Below are positions 37,527 through 51,464 of a stretch of 64,000 bases of DNA, in pieces (position 1 is the stretch's first letter; every line of letters begins with the position of its first letter). The translations under genes were made by a program, and so were the position numbers. The DNA is from Octopus sinensis (lineage: Eukaryota): assembly GCF_006345805.1 (NCBI RefSeq), contig NC_042998.1, positions 10,106,001 to 10,170,000 on the forward strand. The letters are read 5' to 3'. Under the pieces are notes generated by a model, which worked only from the letters and a program-made list of their open reading frames with translations, ran no database searches and had not been told where the DNA came from.

Positions 37527-37635
37527 GTATGTATGTATGTATGTATGTATGTATGTATGTATGTATGTATGTATGTATGTATGTGGGTATGTATGTATGT
37601 ATGTATGTATGTATGTATGTATGTATGTATGTGTG
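37527..37635. repeat. (TATG)n microsatellite
   Basis: Directly visible. Confidence 0.95.
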
Positions 37636-38110
37636 CATGCAACTATCTATCTATGTGTTTGTTCGTTTGTTTGCATGTATATCCCTTCACATTTTGTAAC
37701 TGCGTTTGTATTATAAAGTTTAATATTGTATAACAAGTTTAATATTAAATAATTTCCTTGTGGCCCATAAAAGCTTATTATTCTTGTTGTAGTAGTAGTA
37801 GTAGTAGTTGTTGTTGTTGCTTCTGCTGCTGCTATTATTACAAATCTTTATTATCATTATCCTTATTACTATTGCAACTGTCTCAAAATTATAATCCTTA
37901 CTTTTGTAATCGCATTTTTAGATAATTCTTATCATGTTAAATACTTGGGAAAAATTTTTTGTTTTGACTGTTGTCACCTATACATAGGATCACATTAATA
38001 TATATATATACCATATCCAAATGCTATAGTTCAAACAATACCTCCACAATTAGAGTAATGGTAATTAAAATATATGTCAGTCGTTCTACAATATCTTTAA
38101 ATTTCATCTT

Positions 38111-38223
38111 TTAAATTGTGAATTGGACTGGGAGATCACAGTCTTTCATTTTTTCGTCCCATATCTGGTCAAAATCTTCGTTCTGAGCTACAGTGAACCA
38201 GTTTTTCCAATCTCCGACTTGAC
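38111..38223 (-). CDS. Cytosolic sulfotransferase last exon (G)[36 protein letters not shown]
   Basis: Acceptor ttttttcag. Completes RKGxxGDWKNxFT; TAA at 38113-38111. Not in the ORF track. Confidence 0.93.
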
Positions 38224-39205
38224 CTGAAAAAATTAATTTAAAAAAAAATCAAAAGAGAAAAATAATTGGAAAACAAACATCAAGCTTGGTTTAAAACTCG
38301 AAATAGACAAACTAAAAAGAACAAAAAACAAACAAACAAATGAATAATCTGACTCATTTATCGTTGTGTATGTTCTATTTAAAATAGTATTTAAAAAAAT
38401 AGAACGACTGATAATTTTCCTTTATACTATATTTGATTTGTTTACTTATGCTGTCATCAATAATGGTGCAAAGTGTGGTGGAAAAGTTTGCTATGAGGTT
38501 TCGATGCTAAGAATAAATCACGTAGTACCTTGGACAAATACTTACACCACATTCTCGGTTCACCATTTGTAGCAGGTCAAACAACCACGGATAAGGTTCT
38601 TCAATGGCTTTCGCTTGTTGTTTATCTTTGGGCAGATCTGATCGGGCCAACCTATGCCTCAAGATATTCCAGCAGCGGCTAGCCCATCCTTTATTTACAT
38701 ATTATATCCAGGACTACAGTATCCAATGTGTCCTTTTATTTTTTAGAGCTGATTTTAAAAGTGAGAGGTCAAAATTTTGGAGAAACGTTTTGTTTGCATG
38801 AAGTGCACCCACATCTGACCGTAGGTCACCATATTTTCCCCATGCACGGTGTATCTAAGGTCAAGCTTTCCTTTATGAATTTTTGCTTTCATTTTGTTTA
38901 ATTGCGATTTGGTTATTTTTTAGCTGGTCAACCGACCGCAACGAGGACTTAACTTTACCTCATATCTATCCAGTTTAGTGCCAGAGAGCATATCTCTGAC
39001 ATGCAAAATAAATAATTAAAATTAAAAAAAAAAAAAATGCATTAGATCACTATTCGTAGCCGTTGCCATGTTGTCGGTTTCCTTCCAAGATTCGGCATAT
39101 AAAAAGTGGAGTCTCTGATTCAAAATCAGGCGGGAAATCTTTAACTGAGATATTTCCTACGTACAAATTCAATATTTAAAGAATAACAGATTTCAAAATG
39201 ATTAC

Positions 39206-39371
39206 CTTTTCTATAAAACGACATGTCACCACGTAACTCGAAAGGTAGCAAGTTGTGCTTCTCCGCTTTCATCTTTTTAAAGGTACATTCTTGAGCAATG
39301 GCCTGGCACAATTCATCGGAAGCTGGAATTTCAAGGAACTTTGCTATTTGCTTAGTCACTGATTTCAAGTC
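39206..39371 (-). CDS. Cytosolic sulfotransferase exon DLKSVTKQIAKFLE...SFYRK
   Basis: Acceptor ttttaaaacag, donor G|gtaatc, 166 nt. Contains I..FL and TF..MK and the start of the RKG motif. Confidence 0.92.
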
Positions 39372-39418
39372 CTGTTTTAAAAGAAAACAATTATTATTTC
39401 GCACGGAAGACAAAAACA

Positions 39419-39458
<40 letters not shown>

Positions 39459-40556
39459 TTAGAGACAAAATTAGAGACATTAATAATGCATACTCACACA
39501 CACACACATACAATCATTCATACATAAACGTATTCACACTGCAATACTCTAACACAGAAGAGGAACAAATCCAGTAGACACAGATACTCAGCTACATACT
39601 AGAAGGTCTTGAAACCACCTGATGAATGTCCATAGAAGTGACAAGAAACGATCGTAGTGGATATCTTAATTATATTTAATTTATATAAAATTTTTTATGT
39701 ATTGGATTAAGTCTTTCTTTGTTTGATTTGCATAATAGTGGTTTTGTCTCTAATTAATATTATATTATATTTTACTATATAATTGGATTCAATCCTAAAT
39801 CTGATTTTTCCCTAATATTTATTATATATATATATATATATATAATATATATATATATATGGAGACAGTACGACCTGACTCCTTAGGACTCAAGCAACGA
39901 TATTACATTTTCCAACTAATATTTATTGCTTATACTCTCTTAAACACTTCTTGCTATACTAACCACCCATCATGCAGAAGGAATTTGGATTATTTGCTCC
40001 ACAGACACCATGTAACATATGTGTCTCCACCAAACTGTAGAAATTGTGACTGTGGGTTTGTTGGATTCGGCAGTTCATAACTACAACCTTTATGTATCTC
40101 TTGACATACGTACGGATTATTCTGTGCTATAAACGTAATAACATGAGTGTACCGTAGGAAATCGATGTTGACCTTAATGTATCGCAAAATTTATTTAGCA
40201 GAAACAAATGTCAAAATATAGACATAAAAGATTTTTCTAAAGTAACAAGGAAGTAACTTGTGTATTATGTCTCACAGTTATCTGCCTTGGATGACAGGTG
40301 GACAGCTTGAATTCTTATTATGATATGGATTTGTTTGTTTTTATTGCAGCGAATCATAAAAATATTCATCAGTGAGCAATGATTTTCAAATTAGCTTTTG
40401 TGATATAATAATAAAATGTTGCAGTCTCTCTGCCAGAGGTTCGGAACCAATTATGAAAGGTGGATTATGTGTGCGAACCCGCGAAGTGTATGCGTAAGTG
40501 TACCAGATAAAGACGAGATAAAATTTGAATTAAAGGGTCAAAGCTAGGTTACTTAC

Positions 40557-40654
40557 CGATTTCGCGTCTTCATATGTCACCCAGAGAACATTTGATCTTC
40601 CTTTAGACCATTCCCACCAGGTTTTATTGTAGTTGAACCAGTCGCCATTAGGAA
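40557..40654 (-). CDS. Cytosolic sulfotransferase exon (V)PNGDWFNYNKTWWEWSKGRSNVLWVTYEDAKS
   Basis: Acceptor ttttccttcag, donor gtaagt, 98 nt. Phase fits both neighbours. Typical SULT G.W....W and YED motifs. Not in the ORF track. Confidence 0.92.
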
Positions 40655-41600
40655 CTGAAGGAAAAATAATGTTTTGTCAATAAATAGTCCCAACTTTTAA
40701 TCGTTTAGCCATAGGATAAATATCAACATCTATGACCCTTTTTTAGTACTTCTGTGTTACAGAGTAAGTAAGGGAGGAGCTTATCGTCAAACTAGAGATC
40801 TGATCTTTATTCTTCAAACAGAAGGGACTCAACTAACAGCACCCTGCGACTAGATGGCTGTGTTGAACAGGGAAATGTACAAAGTTTAGAGTGAAGCTTT
40901 GGAAAAGCTTTCACTTCCTCACGTGGAAGGAAAAAGCACAGAATTCGGGAGCAAAATGTAAAAGAAATTCAAAGTTTTGGGGAAAAAAACTCTTAGGAAA
41001 TCTTAATATGAAACACAGAAATACTGAAAAAAAAATTGAAAGCAAAAACACCCAATGGCTTGCCCTTTCTTTTCCCCTTGAAGCAGTGATAGACGTTCCA
41101 GAATTCCGCCAGGTTTCCTAGTCAAGAACAGGAGTGGTCCCTTCAATAGGCTTTCATACCGTTTTCGTCTCCAGCATTTCATTCATTGTCTACCTCAACC
41201 AATAGTAGAAGACACTTTACCAAGGTATCACGCAGAAATAGTAGCGAAGCCATACAGCGATGTCTGCACAAGAGCTGTATATTCAAGAAGATATTCTCCA
41301 GCATATTATAATGTTAGCCACTCTAAAAATCCCTGTCTTATTTATCTTATTGTGAATATTGATTTCCCATCCACACTGTTTGACTATTTGCTTTTGTTGC
41401 CGTAGTGTAATTTTCACATTATTTTACGAATTTTCAGGTTGTACATAATTTGGTCTATTTAAAATAGCATCTTGTTAATGTAACAGCTTGGCTTATCACC
41501 AGAAAAACAGACACTTTTAAAATGTCAAGGATAATATATGACTATTAACAACACAATAGCGTCAGTGGTTAAAACCAATGATCTTTTATTCAATGATATA

Positions 41601-42166
41601 TTGGGTTGTCCGGAAAGTTCGTGCCGATTTTTAAAAGAAAGAAAAAGGTCAATAAATACTTGCCGTTACATTTTTAATCAACCAAATATGAACCATTTTG
41701 TTGCACATTGCGTCTCCGTCTTTCCTTTAACTTGAAAATACCCTCTTCCCAGAATTGAAGGGGTTTCATGGCAAAGAATTCATCAAGGTATCTTTTTACG
41801 TCATCCAAGGAATTGAAATTTTTACCATTAAGACTATTCTGCAGAGACCTGAATAAGTGGAAATCCGAAGGAGCAGTATCTGGTGAATATTGAGGGTGGG
41901 GTAACACATCCCAGCCAAGCTGCAACAATTTTTGTCTGGTTCCCAAAGCATCAAGTGCTGAAAGTGAACTTTCTTATCTTCCATTTTAAAGGGTTACAGA
42001 ATTAACACAGGTTATAGGAACATAAACCTTCTTCCACGAAAAGTTAGCTTAAACTGTGCTCTAAATGGAGGTGTAGTCAAATCCTTTCTTATGGACTCAA
42101 CCATGTTCTAAAATAAGTCGAAAGGTAAGCTACTATAAATCGGTACGAACTTTCTGGACAACCCAA
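41601..42166 (-). mobile_element. Internally deleted mariner (DD34D type) in the SULT intron
   Basis: TA|TTGGGTTGTCCGGAAAGTTCGTGCCGATTT TIR and inverse ending ACAACCCAA|TA; encodes LGWDVLPHPQYSPDTAPSDFHLFRSLQ. Confidence 0.92.
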
Positions 42167-42226
42167 TAGATACGACATGCTTGGCTGTGCTTTTTACTGT
42201 TAGCAAGAGCGAACTATCTGGACACT

Positions 42227-42612
42227 GGATGGAAGCACTCCGTCGGTTACGACGACGAGGGTTCCAGTTGATCCGAATCAACGGAACAGCCTGTTCGTGA
42301 AATTAACGTGTAAGTGGCTGAGCACTCCACAGACACGTGTACCCTTAACGTAGTTCTCGGGGATATTCAGCGTGACACAGAGAGTGACAAGGCCGGCCCT
42401 TTGAAATACAGGTACAACAGAAACAGGAAGTAAGAGTGAGAGAAAGTTGTGGTGAAAGAGTACAGCAGGGATCACCACCATCCCCTGCCGGAGTCTCGTG
42501 GAGCTTTTAGGTGTTTTCGCTCAATAAACACTCACAACGCTCGGTCTGGGAATCGAAACCGCGATCCTATGACCGCGAGTCCGCTGCCCTAACCACTGGG
42601 CCATTGCGCCTC
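42227..42612 (-). mobile_element. SINE family B
   Basis: 13-bp TSD ctatctggacact at 42214-42226 and 42613-42625. Confidence 0.92.
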
Positions 42613-43684
42613 CTATCTGGACACTAATGATAACAATAAACAAGAGTTTCTTTTTTTATCTAAACTAGGTATGATGAATATACTAAAAGCTTAGGCGATG
42701 ATGAAATCCCTGGATCTTGAAACAAATGGATTTTAGCTGTATAAAATCCGTTCTAAAGTTATCAAATTCTTCCCCTAAAGTGATTGATAATTGTTGAAAG
42801 TATCAGATTCTTATTACATCAAAATTTGACTAATTAAAAAAAATATATATTTTCAGAGATTATGTGAGTCTGGTCGTATTTTCTAATTTGGAATACATAA
42901 GGACGATGTGATTAAAACGAGATTCTTGGACGGCATGCAATCGCAATAGAATATGTACAGAACGGTCGTCTGAAGCTTAATCTATGTATTGAATTGGTTC
43001 GGCAGTTTGAAATGATTTCTAAATTTCAGATGACTGAAGCAGAAAGAAAGATAGAGAGAATGACATTGATGATATCTTTGTCATATATTGATAAAAAAGC
43101 CAAAACTAAACAAAAAAGAAGTATAAATCTGATTATAACTGTCACTGTTGTTGAACTTCGTATTAAGTGTGATGGATGATAACATTGTCACATATTGATA
43201 AAAAGACAAGTATAAGTTTAATTCCAAATGTTGCTATTGTTTAAATTCGTATTATGTGGGGGAAAAGAATAATTTTCAGGGGTTATGTAAATTTTTATCT
43301 CATCACTTAATATAAAATTATACTTTTGTGGATATAAGCATGCAACGTCAATAGGTCAAGCATTTAGAACTTGCATTAAGTATTGGAAACGAATTATAAT
43401 AAGATAGTATGTAAATCTATAAAAAAATGTTTGATGAAATTATAAGGGAAAATTTTGTAAGATTTTAAATTCTCATAAAAGCAAAAAGAATGCAATGGTC
43501 AGTGTGAAATTCAATTTCTTCCTTAAAATGTAAATTGACATCAACATTCAGGTAATTAATTATAAGGCTCCAGAACTTCTGGATGACTTTAAATAAAGTA
43601 AAATGAATAACATGTGACCCATAATGAAAACAATTTGATATATGAGGCGCATAAAATTTTTAGGAAAATTTGTCATAGTAATTT

Positions 43685-43840
43685 TAAGGGAATGGATAAG
43701 TCGATTACACTGGCCCCAGTGCTCAACTGCTACTTATTTTATCTACTCTGAAAGGATAAAAAGGCAAAGTCGACCTCAGCGACATTTGAATTCAGAACGT
43801 CAAGCCAGTGTGCTAATTATTCTACCAGCTTATCGCCTGA
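43685..43840 (-). mobile_element. SINE family A, old partial copy
   Basis: Degenerate reverse match (gtcgattacactggccccagtgctcaactg...aaaggcaaagtcgacctc). Confidence 0.55.
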
Positions 43841-45053
43841 ATTTGTCATATTAATGGAAATTGATGAGAGAAAAGAGTCTATTTAGAGTCTATTTAGAGA
43901 CTATTGACAATACTCGTTAAAACAATTCGTCAAAGCAAAACTCAGGTAAAACTTCTATTGAGGTATAAGTCGCATTCTTTTGAGTTGTTGGACAACCCTT
44001 TACTCAGGAAACTTCTTTGTACATTTGCTAAAATGGGTAGACACATACAATCACCAATGCGAATGTCTTATGACACTGTAATTCCTTTTAGTTTCGATAG
44101 AGAAGAAATGGTAACCGCAACGAACTAGATTTATATATCAAATAAGAGATAATGCAATTGTGATCCTTTAGTGTATATTAGCACCTTCAGATCAAACAAA
44201 CGAAGTCACAAATAACTGTCTTTTATATCTGATAGTGAATAGGATACTGAATCACACACCCCTCCTCTGCGCCGTTGAATGACAGTCCAGCCTCTGTAAA
44301 GAACTTAATTTGGTAGCTGATTCAGGAACAATTATAAGAAATGATGTAAGATGTATTACTCGAATAACGAAAGGGATTAAACCCATTTGTTTCGGAGAGA
44401 TGTAACTGTTTTGCTAATATTATCGCATGCAGTTTGTCACTTGCACAAGTTTGATTCTATTTAAGGCGACTGTTGTTAGTTCGATATAATTTCTTGGCCT
44501 GGCAGTTAAGCAAAATTTCTGAGCTTAAACGCTTACTTGTATTGCGACTATATTAAGATAACACCGTAGAAATCTACAGCCAACAAGAGCTTTTAGCAGC
44601 GTAACTGGAGTGAATTTGTATAGAGTAAGAAATGAAATTTGCATAAGGATTAAGCACAACCAGTCCTTACTCTTGACTCCAAGACTCTCGCAATGTTGAA
44701 TGTATCTTGGAATTAATAGTCAATAAATAGATTTATTATATGTTTTTTTTTTTGTAAAGACGTATTCTGAAGTAGAGCAGAGAAGGTAGTCCATTTTCGC
44801 TTTAGTATTATTCATTTTCATATTTATCCTGGGATTTAGAGTATAGCTCTGGTATTAGGGAAAACAGCTGGTGATCGGCTTTCAATTCTGCCAGAGCATG
44901 TTTTCACTTTATTTCCACCTTGTTACATATAGAGAAAACGGATTATGGCTCTACCAAATAAACTAAATACTGATATATATATATATACACACACATATGT
45001 ATATGTGTATGTATATACATACACACACACACACATATATATATATACATATA

Positions 45054-45085
45054 CTAGCAGTGATACCCGGCGTTGCTCGAGATTA
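45054..45085 (-). mobile_element. Isolated Helitron 3' terminus
   Basis: Reverse of the cgagcaacgccggg hairpin plus CTAG|T; 5' end not located. Confidence 0.5.
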
Positions 45086-45313
45086 AAAGGGCATAGTTTA
45101 TATATCAAGTGATTTGATCTGAGATCCTGTGTATGGAACATATATATGTATATATATGTACATATATATACAACTTGAACAGTCGCACAAATCAGTACAT
45201 AAACATACATTTACATGCACATACACAAATACACACACGCAGATACGTCTACACACTTACATACGTAAATGCTCACATACATGCATTATACAAACATGCA
45301 TACATACATATAT

Positions 45314-45804
45314 AAACACATATATATCATGAACTAATTGTTACTTTCTCAGATGCAGCACTCTCTCTCTCTCTTTACTCTTTTACTTGTTTCAGTCATT
45401 TGACTACGGCCATGCTGGAGCACCGCCTTTAGTCGAGTAAATCGACCCCGAGGCTTATTCTTTGTAAGCCCAGTACTTATTCTATCGGTCTCTTTTGTCG
45501 AACCGCTAAGTGACGGGGACGTAAACACACCAGCATCGGTTGTCAAGCAATGCTAGGGGGACAAACAGAGACACACAAACACACGCATACATATACATAT
45601 ATATATACATATATACGACAGACTTCTTTCAGTTTCCGTCTACCAAATCCACTCACTGTGTGGTAAGTAGCTTTCTAACCAACCACATGGTTCCGGGTTC
45701 AGTCCCACTGCGTGGCATCTTGGGCAAGTGTCTTCTGCTATAGCCCCAGGCCGACCAATGCCTTGTGAGTGGATTTGGTAGACGGAAACTGAAAGAAGCC
45801 CGTC

Positions 45805-45884
<80 letters not shown>

Positions 45885-46160
45885 TGTTTGTGTGTCTGTG
45901 TTGGTACCCCTAGCATTGCTTGACAACCGATGCTGGTGTGTTTACGTCCCCGTCACTTAGCGGTTCGGCAAAACAGACCGATAGAATAAGTACTGGGCTT
46001 ACAAAGAATAAGTCCCGGGGTCGATTTGCTCGACTAAAGGCGGTGCTCCAGCATGGCCGCAGTCGAATGACTGAAACAGGGAAAAGAGTAAATAGAGAGA
46101 GAGAGAGAGAGAGTGCTGCATCTGAGAAAGTAACAATTAGTTCATGATATATATGTGTTT
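45314..46160. repeat. Fold-back palindrome of two opposed family-C SINE segments plus shared flank
   Basis: Left arm 45314-45657 and right arm about 45765-46160; a 52-bp stretch of mostly non-SINE flank is a perfect inverted match (45314-45365 vs 46109-46160). Confidence 0.9.
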
Positions 46161-47689
46161 ATGTATGTATGTATGTTTGGCAAAGTTCTTCATTTAAAAA
46201 TAAATGCCAGACTATTCGGTTCTCTCTGTGGTTAGTACTACAGCTCAATTAGTTTTTTTTTCATGACATGTTTGTTTTGTTTGTTTTTTTCTGCCTATTT
46301 TGTCAACTGTTTTATTGTCAATATTTAAAAATTAAGAGGTTTCATTCAGTTTACCAAACTTGGGTGATCGAATTGTTTCCTCTGTCTTATGATATATCTG
46401 TGGAAATTTGTATATTTTCTACAAAGTGTGATGAGTTTTCTGTTCAATTTTTGTCATCTGTCGCAATATCAAATCGTTCTTAAAGCGAAACGAGTTCTTT
46501 GTCGTTGCTTCAAGCGTCTTTGCTTTCATATGGATATGGTTTTCACCCCTTAAGTACCCGATTATCTACATTAGATAGAGTAACTGTATAACTTTTGAAG
46601 TTTGATCAATTTTATTTATTCAAAATCAAAGTTTAATTTCTAATTCAGTCCAGTGGCAAATACCAGTTATAGCTGTACAGTTTTCTTTCTTACCTTATTC
46701 AGAGTGGCTTGGCGTGTCCTCTGATCATGCACAAACTTATCATTCACTCCAAATGTATTTATTTGCTGCAGCATTTTTTTTAAGACCTCGCAAACCTAAC
46801 GACTTTCAATTTGAACGTAGCGAAATATTTCATTCTCTCTGCAGTTGGAGCCATAGTTCGATATATATTCAACTTTGATATTTAGAAACTGAATACGGCC
46901 ATAGTTGGTCAGCCACAACTTTAACAGACATTTTCACAATCGGTTATTCGCAATAGGTGGCGCCATTGGCCGATTGTTTACTTCACAACAAATGGTGGTG
47001 GATAACGGTAAGTAGAGTGTATTTCATCTGGTTGCGCTGTTTGCACGGATGCCCGTGATTCTCCGTCGCCATTCTATTCCATTATTCATATTTAAGCTCT
47101 CGAGATAATTACATAACCATGGATGCCGCCCTATGGATATGTTGCAATTACTCTCTTGATAGGGCTTGGCGATACTGACCGTTGATCTTCTAGGATTCAA
47201 CCGATCAGCATCAATTTAAGAATCACCTTTGGCTCAGTTGAGCTCTTCCGCAGCCTCTTTACAATCTGCCATGCTGCAGTACCATGATTTCGCTGTATCC
47301 CTGGCCGGATGAATGAACGGGTGCTATACTTGCCAAGGGGCAGCTCATAACTATGCAGAGCATGATCGTCACTCCATGAGGTATTTTCAAAATATCCACA
47401 TACTCAAGAAGTTTATTCGGGTAAGTACAAAACACTGTTGGGCGTTTTACACATTTTGAAATCAGTATTTAGTTTATTTGGTATAGCCAAATATCATACT
47501 GATATATATGTATATATATTATATATACATTTATATATATATATATATCTTGTTAAATTTTATTGAATTATTTACTGTTAATATATTTATATATTTATTG
47601 TTTTATAATATCTAATTTTATTTATGTTATTTTTTAAACCTGAAGAGTGGCTAAATATTTTAAAATTGAATTAATATTAAAGTTCTAGT

Positions 47690-48900
47690 AGGTCTGTATT
47701 TTTTGTGTTGATGGCAGTGAGGTTGATAACGGTGTATTGGGGTTGTGGTGCTGATGCTGGATGTGTAAGTGTAGTAGGTGTGCATGCAGGTGGTGCATGT
47801 CTGTGGTGCAGTGGTGTGCTGACGAAGGGTTCTTTTCTTTTCTTTTTTTGTGGAGAGCTCCTTCCAGTCGGTGTTGGTAGCAATCGGGCCTGCATCTGAC
47901 GTAGGGTAATCCTTAGTGCTTTGGGTGTCCTTTATTGCACTGGCGTTGGTGGGTGTGCAGTCTGGATGTGCACCCTCCCCCGTGGGCACCTCCTTAGTTC
48001 TTATTGCTGGGGTTGGGCTTGCTGTGGATTTTGCTGGTTCATCTGCGCGTAGCCCGGCTTTGGCCTGACCCTCAGGTGCTGAGGAGGCCTGTGTCTTGGT
48101 TTATGATGGTCCTCACTGGGATCTGCTGTGGTTGTTCGTTTGGTGGAGGGTGGCCCATTACTGTGGATTCCCGTGAGTAGGTGACCTTGATAAGCACCTT
48201 CTTCCCACATTTGTAACATCTGGGTCTGCGTCCCTCACCACAACGCGCATAGCTATTCCATCTGGAAGTTTGATTTGGTCGGGTAGAGCTTCAAGATCTT
48301 GTTGCGTGGCTTGAATTATAAATTCTATGCCTTGACCCCATCAGTTTTGCTTGTGGAGTTTGGTAACTCGTAGGATATTTATGTTACTTTCCAGGTCCAA
48401 CGGGATAGCCACCACAACCCATACTACGTTTATCTCTGGGGGCACCTTCCCAATTTTTATTTTTGATGTTCGTCTTCCTAAATAAGTTGGTAGTAGCACT
48501 AGTTCGGTAGTTTTTAGTGTCACTGTAGAGTGTTTTTTGGCTTCCTCTTCTGAAGCCAATCTTACCTCCACAGTGCCAATTTTATTTTACTCCTTTCCAC
48601 ATAGGTCCTTCTCCACATGGGCTGAAGGAATTATTCGATTAGTTCTTTGAGGCGCGTTCTATTTTCATGTTTTTAAAGAGAGAGTTTTGTATGTGATCGT
48701 TTTACGCAAGGTGTGTTGCGTGATTTCATAGGGGGGAGGAGGTAGACTAAAATTGTAGTAGGCATTTGTATTTTTTCAATTCTTCCATACTAAGGTTTAA
48801 CTTCTCTTGATTAACTTTTGCCGCCGACGCGAGCCCTCGACTATCACCATTCATGGTTTTCGGGTATTTATCATTAGAGGGACTGGTATTGGTGGCGTTA
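47690..48900 (-). mobile_element. Decayed L1/Tx1-type ORF1 (RRM-like region plus degenerate CCHC knuckle), no ORF2 seen
   Basis: Pieces VEVRLASEEEAKKHS..LLPTYLGRRTSKIKIGKVPPEI and, across a frameshift, EGRRPRCYKCGKKVLIKVTY (from C-x2-C-x3-GH-x4-C). Confidence 0.6.
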
Positions 48901-49184
48901 GTACTTGAAATAATTGTATTTTCTTTCGTAACAACAGTGTTCTCCTCTCTCTCTCTCCACAAAGGAGAGGCGGGAAAGCCTCCTCGTAAAATCCTGATGG
49001 TGGGGGGTGCATAGCATTTCTTCAGCCTTGATTCCATATTATAGAAGGAAATTTGCGTGTCGGGAAATGTTGGCTTTTTCACCAGACAGATGGAGTGGGA
49101 CATCTCTCCCAGAGGAGCGAACCTTCCACGTTCGGTTAAACTTCAGCCACCAAACGGATGGTGTTATTAAAGACTCTGGCACTA

Positions 49185-49290
49185 ATGGTATCGTCTCGCT
49201 GTTTTTTTGGGCACATCCTTTATTGAGTTAAATGCCTTCCATCCTGCCCTTATTTTCTTTGACATTTCAGCATCCATATCTCGGTGTCGA
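49185..49290 (-). mobile_element. RTE-clade LINE fragment
   Basis: Translation [23 protein letters not shown] matches the EI..RI..GW.AF motif C-terminal to RTE RT. Confidence 0.55.
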
Positions 49291-49291
49291 G

Positions 49292-49652
49292 GTATATATA
49301 GATAAATATATGTATGTGTATGTATGTATGTATGTATGTGTATGTATGTATGTATGTATGTATGTATGTATGTATGTATATATATATATATATGTACATA
49401 TATGTGTGTATGTGAATATGTATATGTACATATATGTATATATACATGTGTGTGTGTAAGTATATATATATATATATACAAACATATATGTATGTATGCA
49501 TGTATGTGTATATGTACATATATATATATACATACATATATGTATATGTATATATATGTATATATGTATATATATATATTATATATATATATATATGTAT
49601 GTATGTATGTATGTATATGTATATATATGTGTGTATGTGTGTGTATATATAT

Positions 49653-49683
<31 letters not shown>
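49292..49683. repeat. Long compound (TATG)/(TA)/(TG) microsatellite
   Basis: Directly visible. Confidence 0.95.
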
Positions 49684-50667
49684 GGAGATTTGAAAGCAAT
49701 TGATTAAAGTGGTTAATTCAAGATACATCAAAGAATAAAATACAACGTCCAGTCCGCCATGCTGGACTTCCATCTTAGACGAGAACAGACAATATTAACA
49801 GAAGACAGTACAAATATCGATTTGATCTCGTTGTATCACAACATTAGGAATATTAATACGAGAACCTTCCTTTTATTCATAAAGCGAGGCGAATTACGAA
49901 GTACTGGATATCAGAACTGGAAGTTGACACAAAATTTCAAGTTCCTCCAATTAAACGTAATTGACAATTTAAGCAATATAGGGAAAAATAGGGAAAGTGT
50001 ACTAGCCCTCTGCTATTTCTAAGAGTTCTACGTTCAATGTTCGTTGGGTTTACTCGCGGTTTATAAAATATGGTTGAAGCTGGCAGAATCAGAATGATGC
50101 CAAATATCTTGATTAAACGCTGGTTCAGTAAAATTTAAAGCGACAGAAGAGTTCTTTTATTCAGGGATCTTCTCGTGAGTTTTCCCCTGCACTTATAGAC
50201 TGTTCGTGACTTACCCCCATAACATACACCACTGCCTCTTTCATATAGCCCGGTAGAAATGCAAAACACAAGATGCAACAGGTAAAACGCAAAAAACTAC
50301 GTTGTTAGCTCGAGATTTAGGTAATTCGGAAAACTGCTAATCCATTCTCTTTTAACACAGCATGAAGTTTTGTAACAGCACATCCGCTGCCGTTCGTGGA
50401 AAACGAAGATACCCTATTCACCTGCGAACGTTTTACACCGCCTTCCACGACTATCCAATTCTTACAATTATGAGAACAATAACATGGCTCTTTTCAAGGC
50501 AACCTCGCATTCAATTCTTACACCATTCTACGAGGGAGTAGGAACCCCTTTACACGGCTTTCTATACACTTACAAATACATTCATTCGCCGTAAACTTAT
50601 ATCAATATTTGCCTGAATAATCATCATAATTCAGTGCAATCATTAACAGTACTTTTAAGCAATTCAG

Positions 50668-50696
50668 CCCCGAGCAACGCCGGGCAATTCTACTAG
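50668..50696 (+). mobile_element. Helitron 3' terminus; element may extend several hundred bp upstream
   Basis: cccgagcaacgccggg hairpin then CTAG|T; 5' end not located. Confidence 0.55.
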
Positions 50697-51041
50697 TGGT
50701 ATATAAATTATCGAATTATCTGCAGAAGGTTTGGTAATTCGTATCATTGCATTATTTATGTATAATATACATAGCTGCTTGTGTTCATTATATTTGTATT
50801 GAAATGTAAACATGCATGCTTTACACGCACACTCATACGTACACACACACGCACTATCTCTCTCACGGACACACACACACATAGATGTAATATGAATGTT
50901 AAGATACATAAAATGTATACATTAGAATCTCGTCTCATTCATATATACAGTATCACAAGCTTGCTTTACAGAGCGAGCTGCTGTGTCTTGTTGTGCAATA
51001 ATAGAAATCATATACGAAGATACAAAGACCATGCTCTAGGA

Positions 51042-51242
51042 CAGTGTTTTTCAACCAGGGTTCCGCCAGTACAGTCCAGGGGTTCCGCAAGAAGTTACAA
51101 AACTGCTAAAATCGGCAGTAATTTTTAATTCTCCTGTGCAGATATGTATGCATAAGACTATTAGATTATTGCACAGGGGTTCCTCGAGCCAGTGGAATGT
51201 TTTCTTGGGGTTCCGTTCCAGCAAAAAGTTTGAAAAACACTG
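51042..51242. mobile_element. hAT (Charlie-type) MITE
   Basis: TIRs CAGTGTTTTTCAA / TTGAAAAACACTG; 8-bp TSD ctctagga at 51034-51041 and 51243-51250. Confidence 0.92.
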
Positions 51243-51464
51243 CTCTAGGATATACAGGTTACGTCGCAGCCAAATTAAAAGCCCTGACGCCATATTGGTT
51301 TTGAGTTAAGCAATTAAATAATCAAAAAGCAAGTTTATAAATAATTTCCGGTATAAATTTCAAAAGCATAATGTAAAGTCCAGTTAAACTGCAAGTGATG
51401 GAATATTCGCATGTTCTACAGATCCTGTCGAAAAACTGTACTGTTTAATATTTGCATCAAATTA

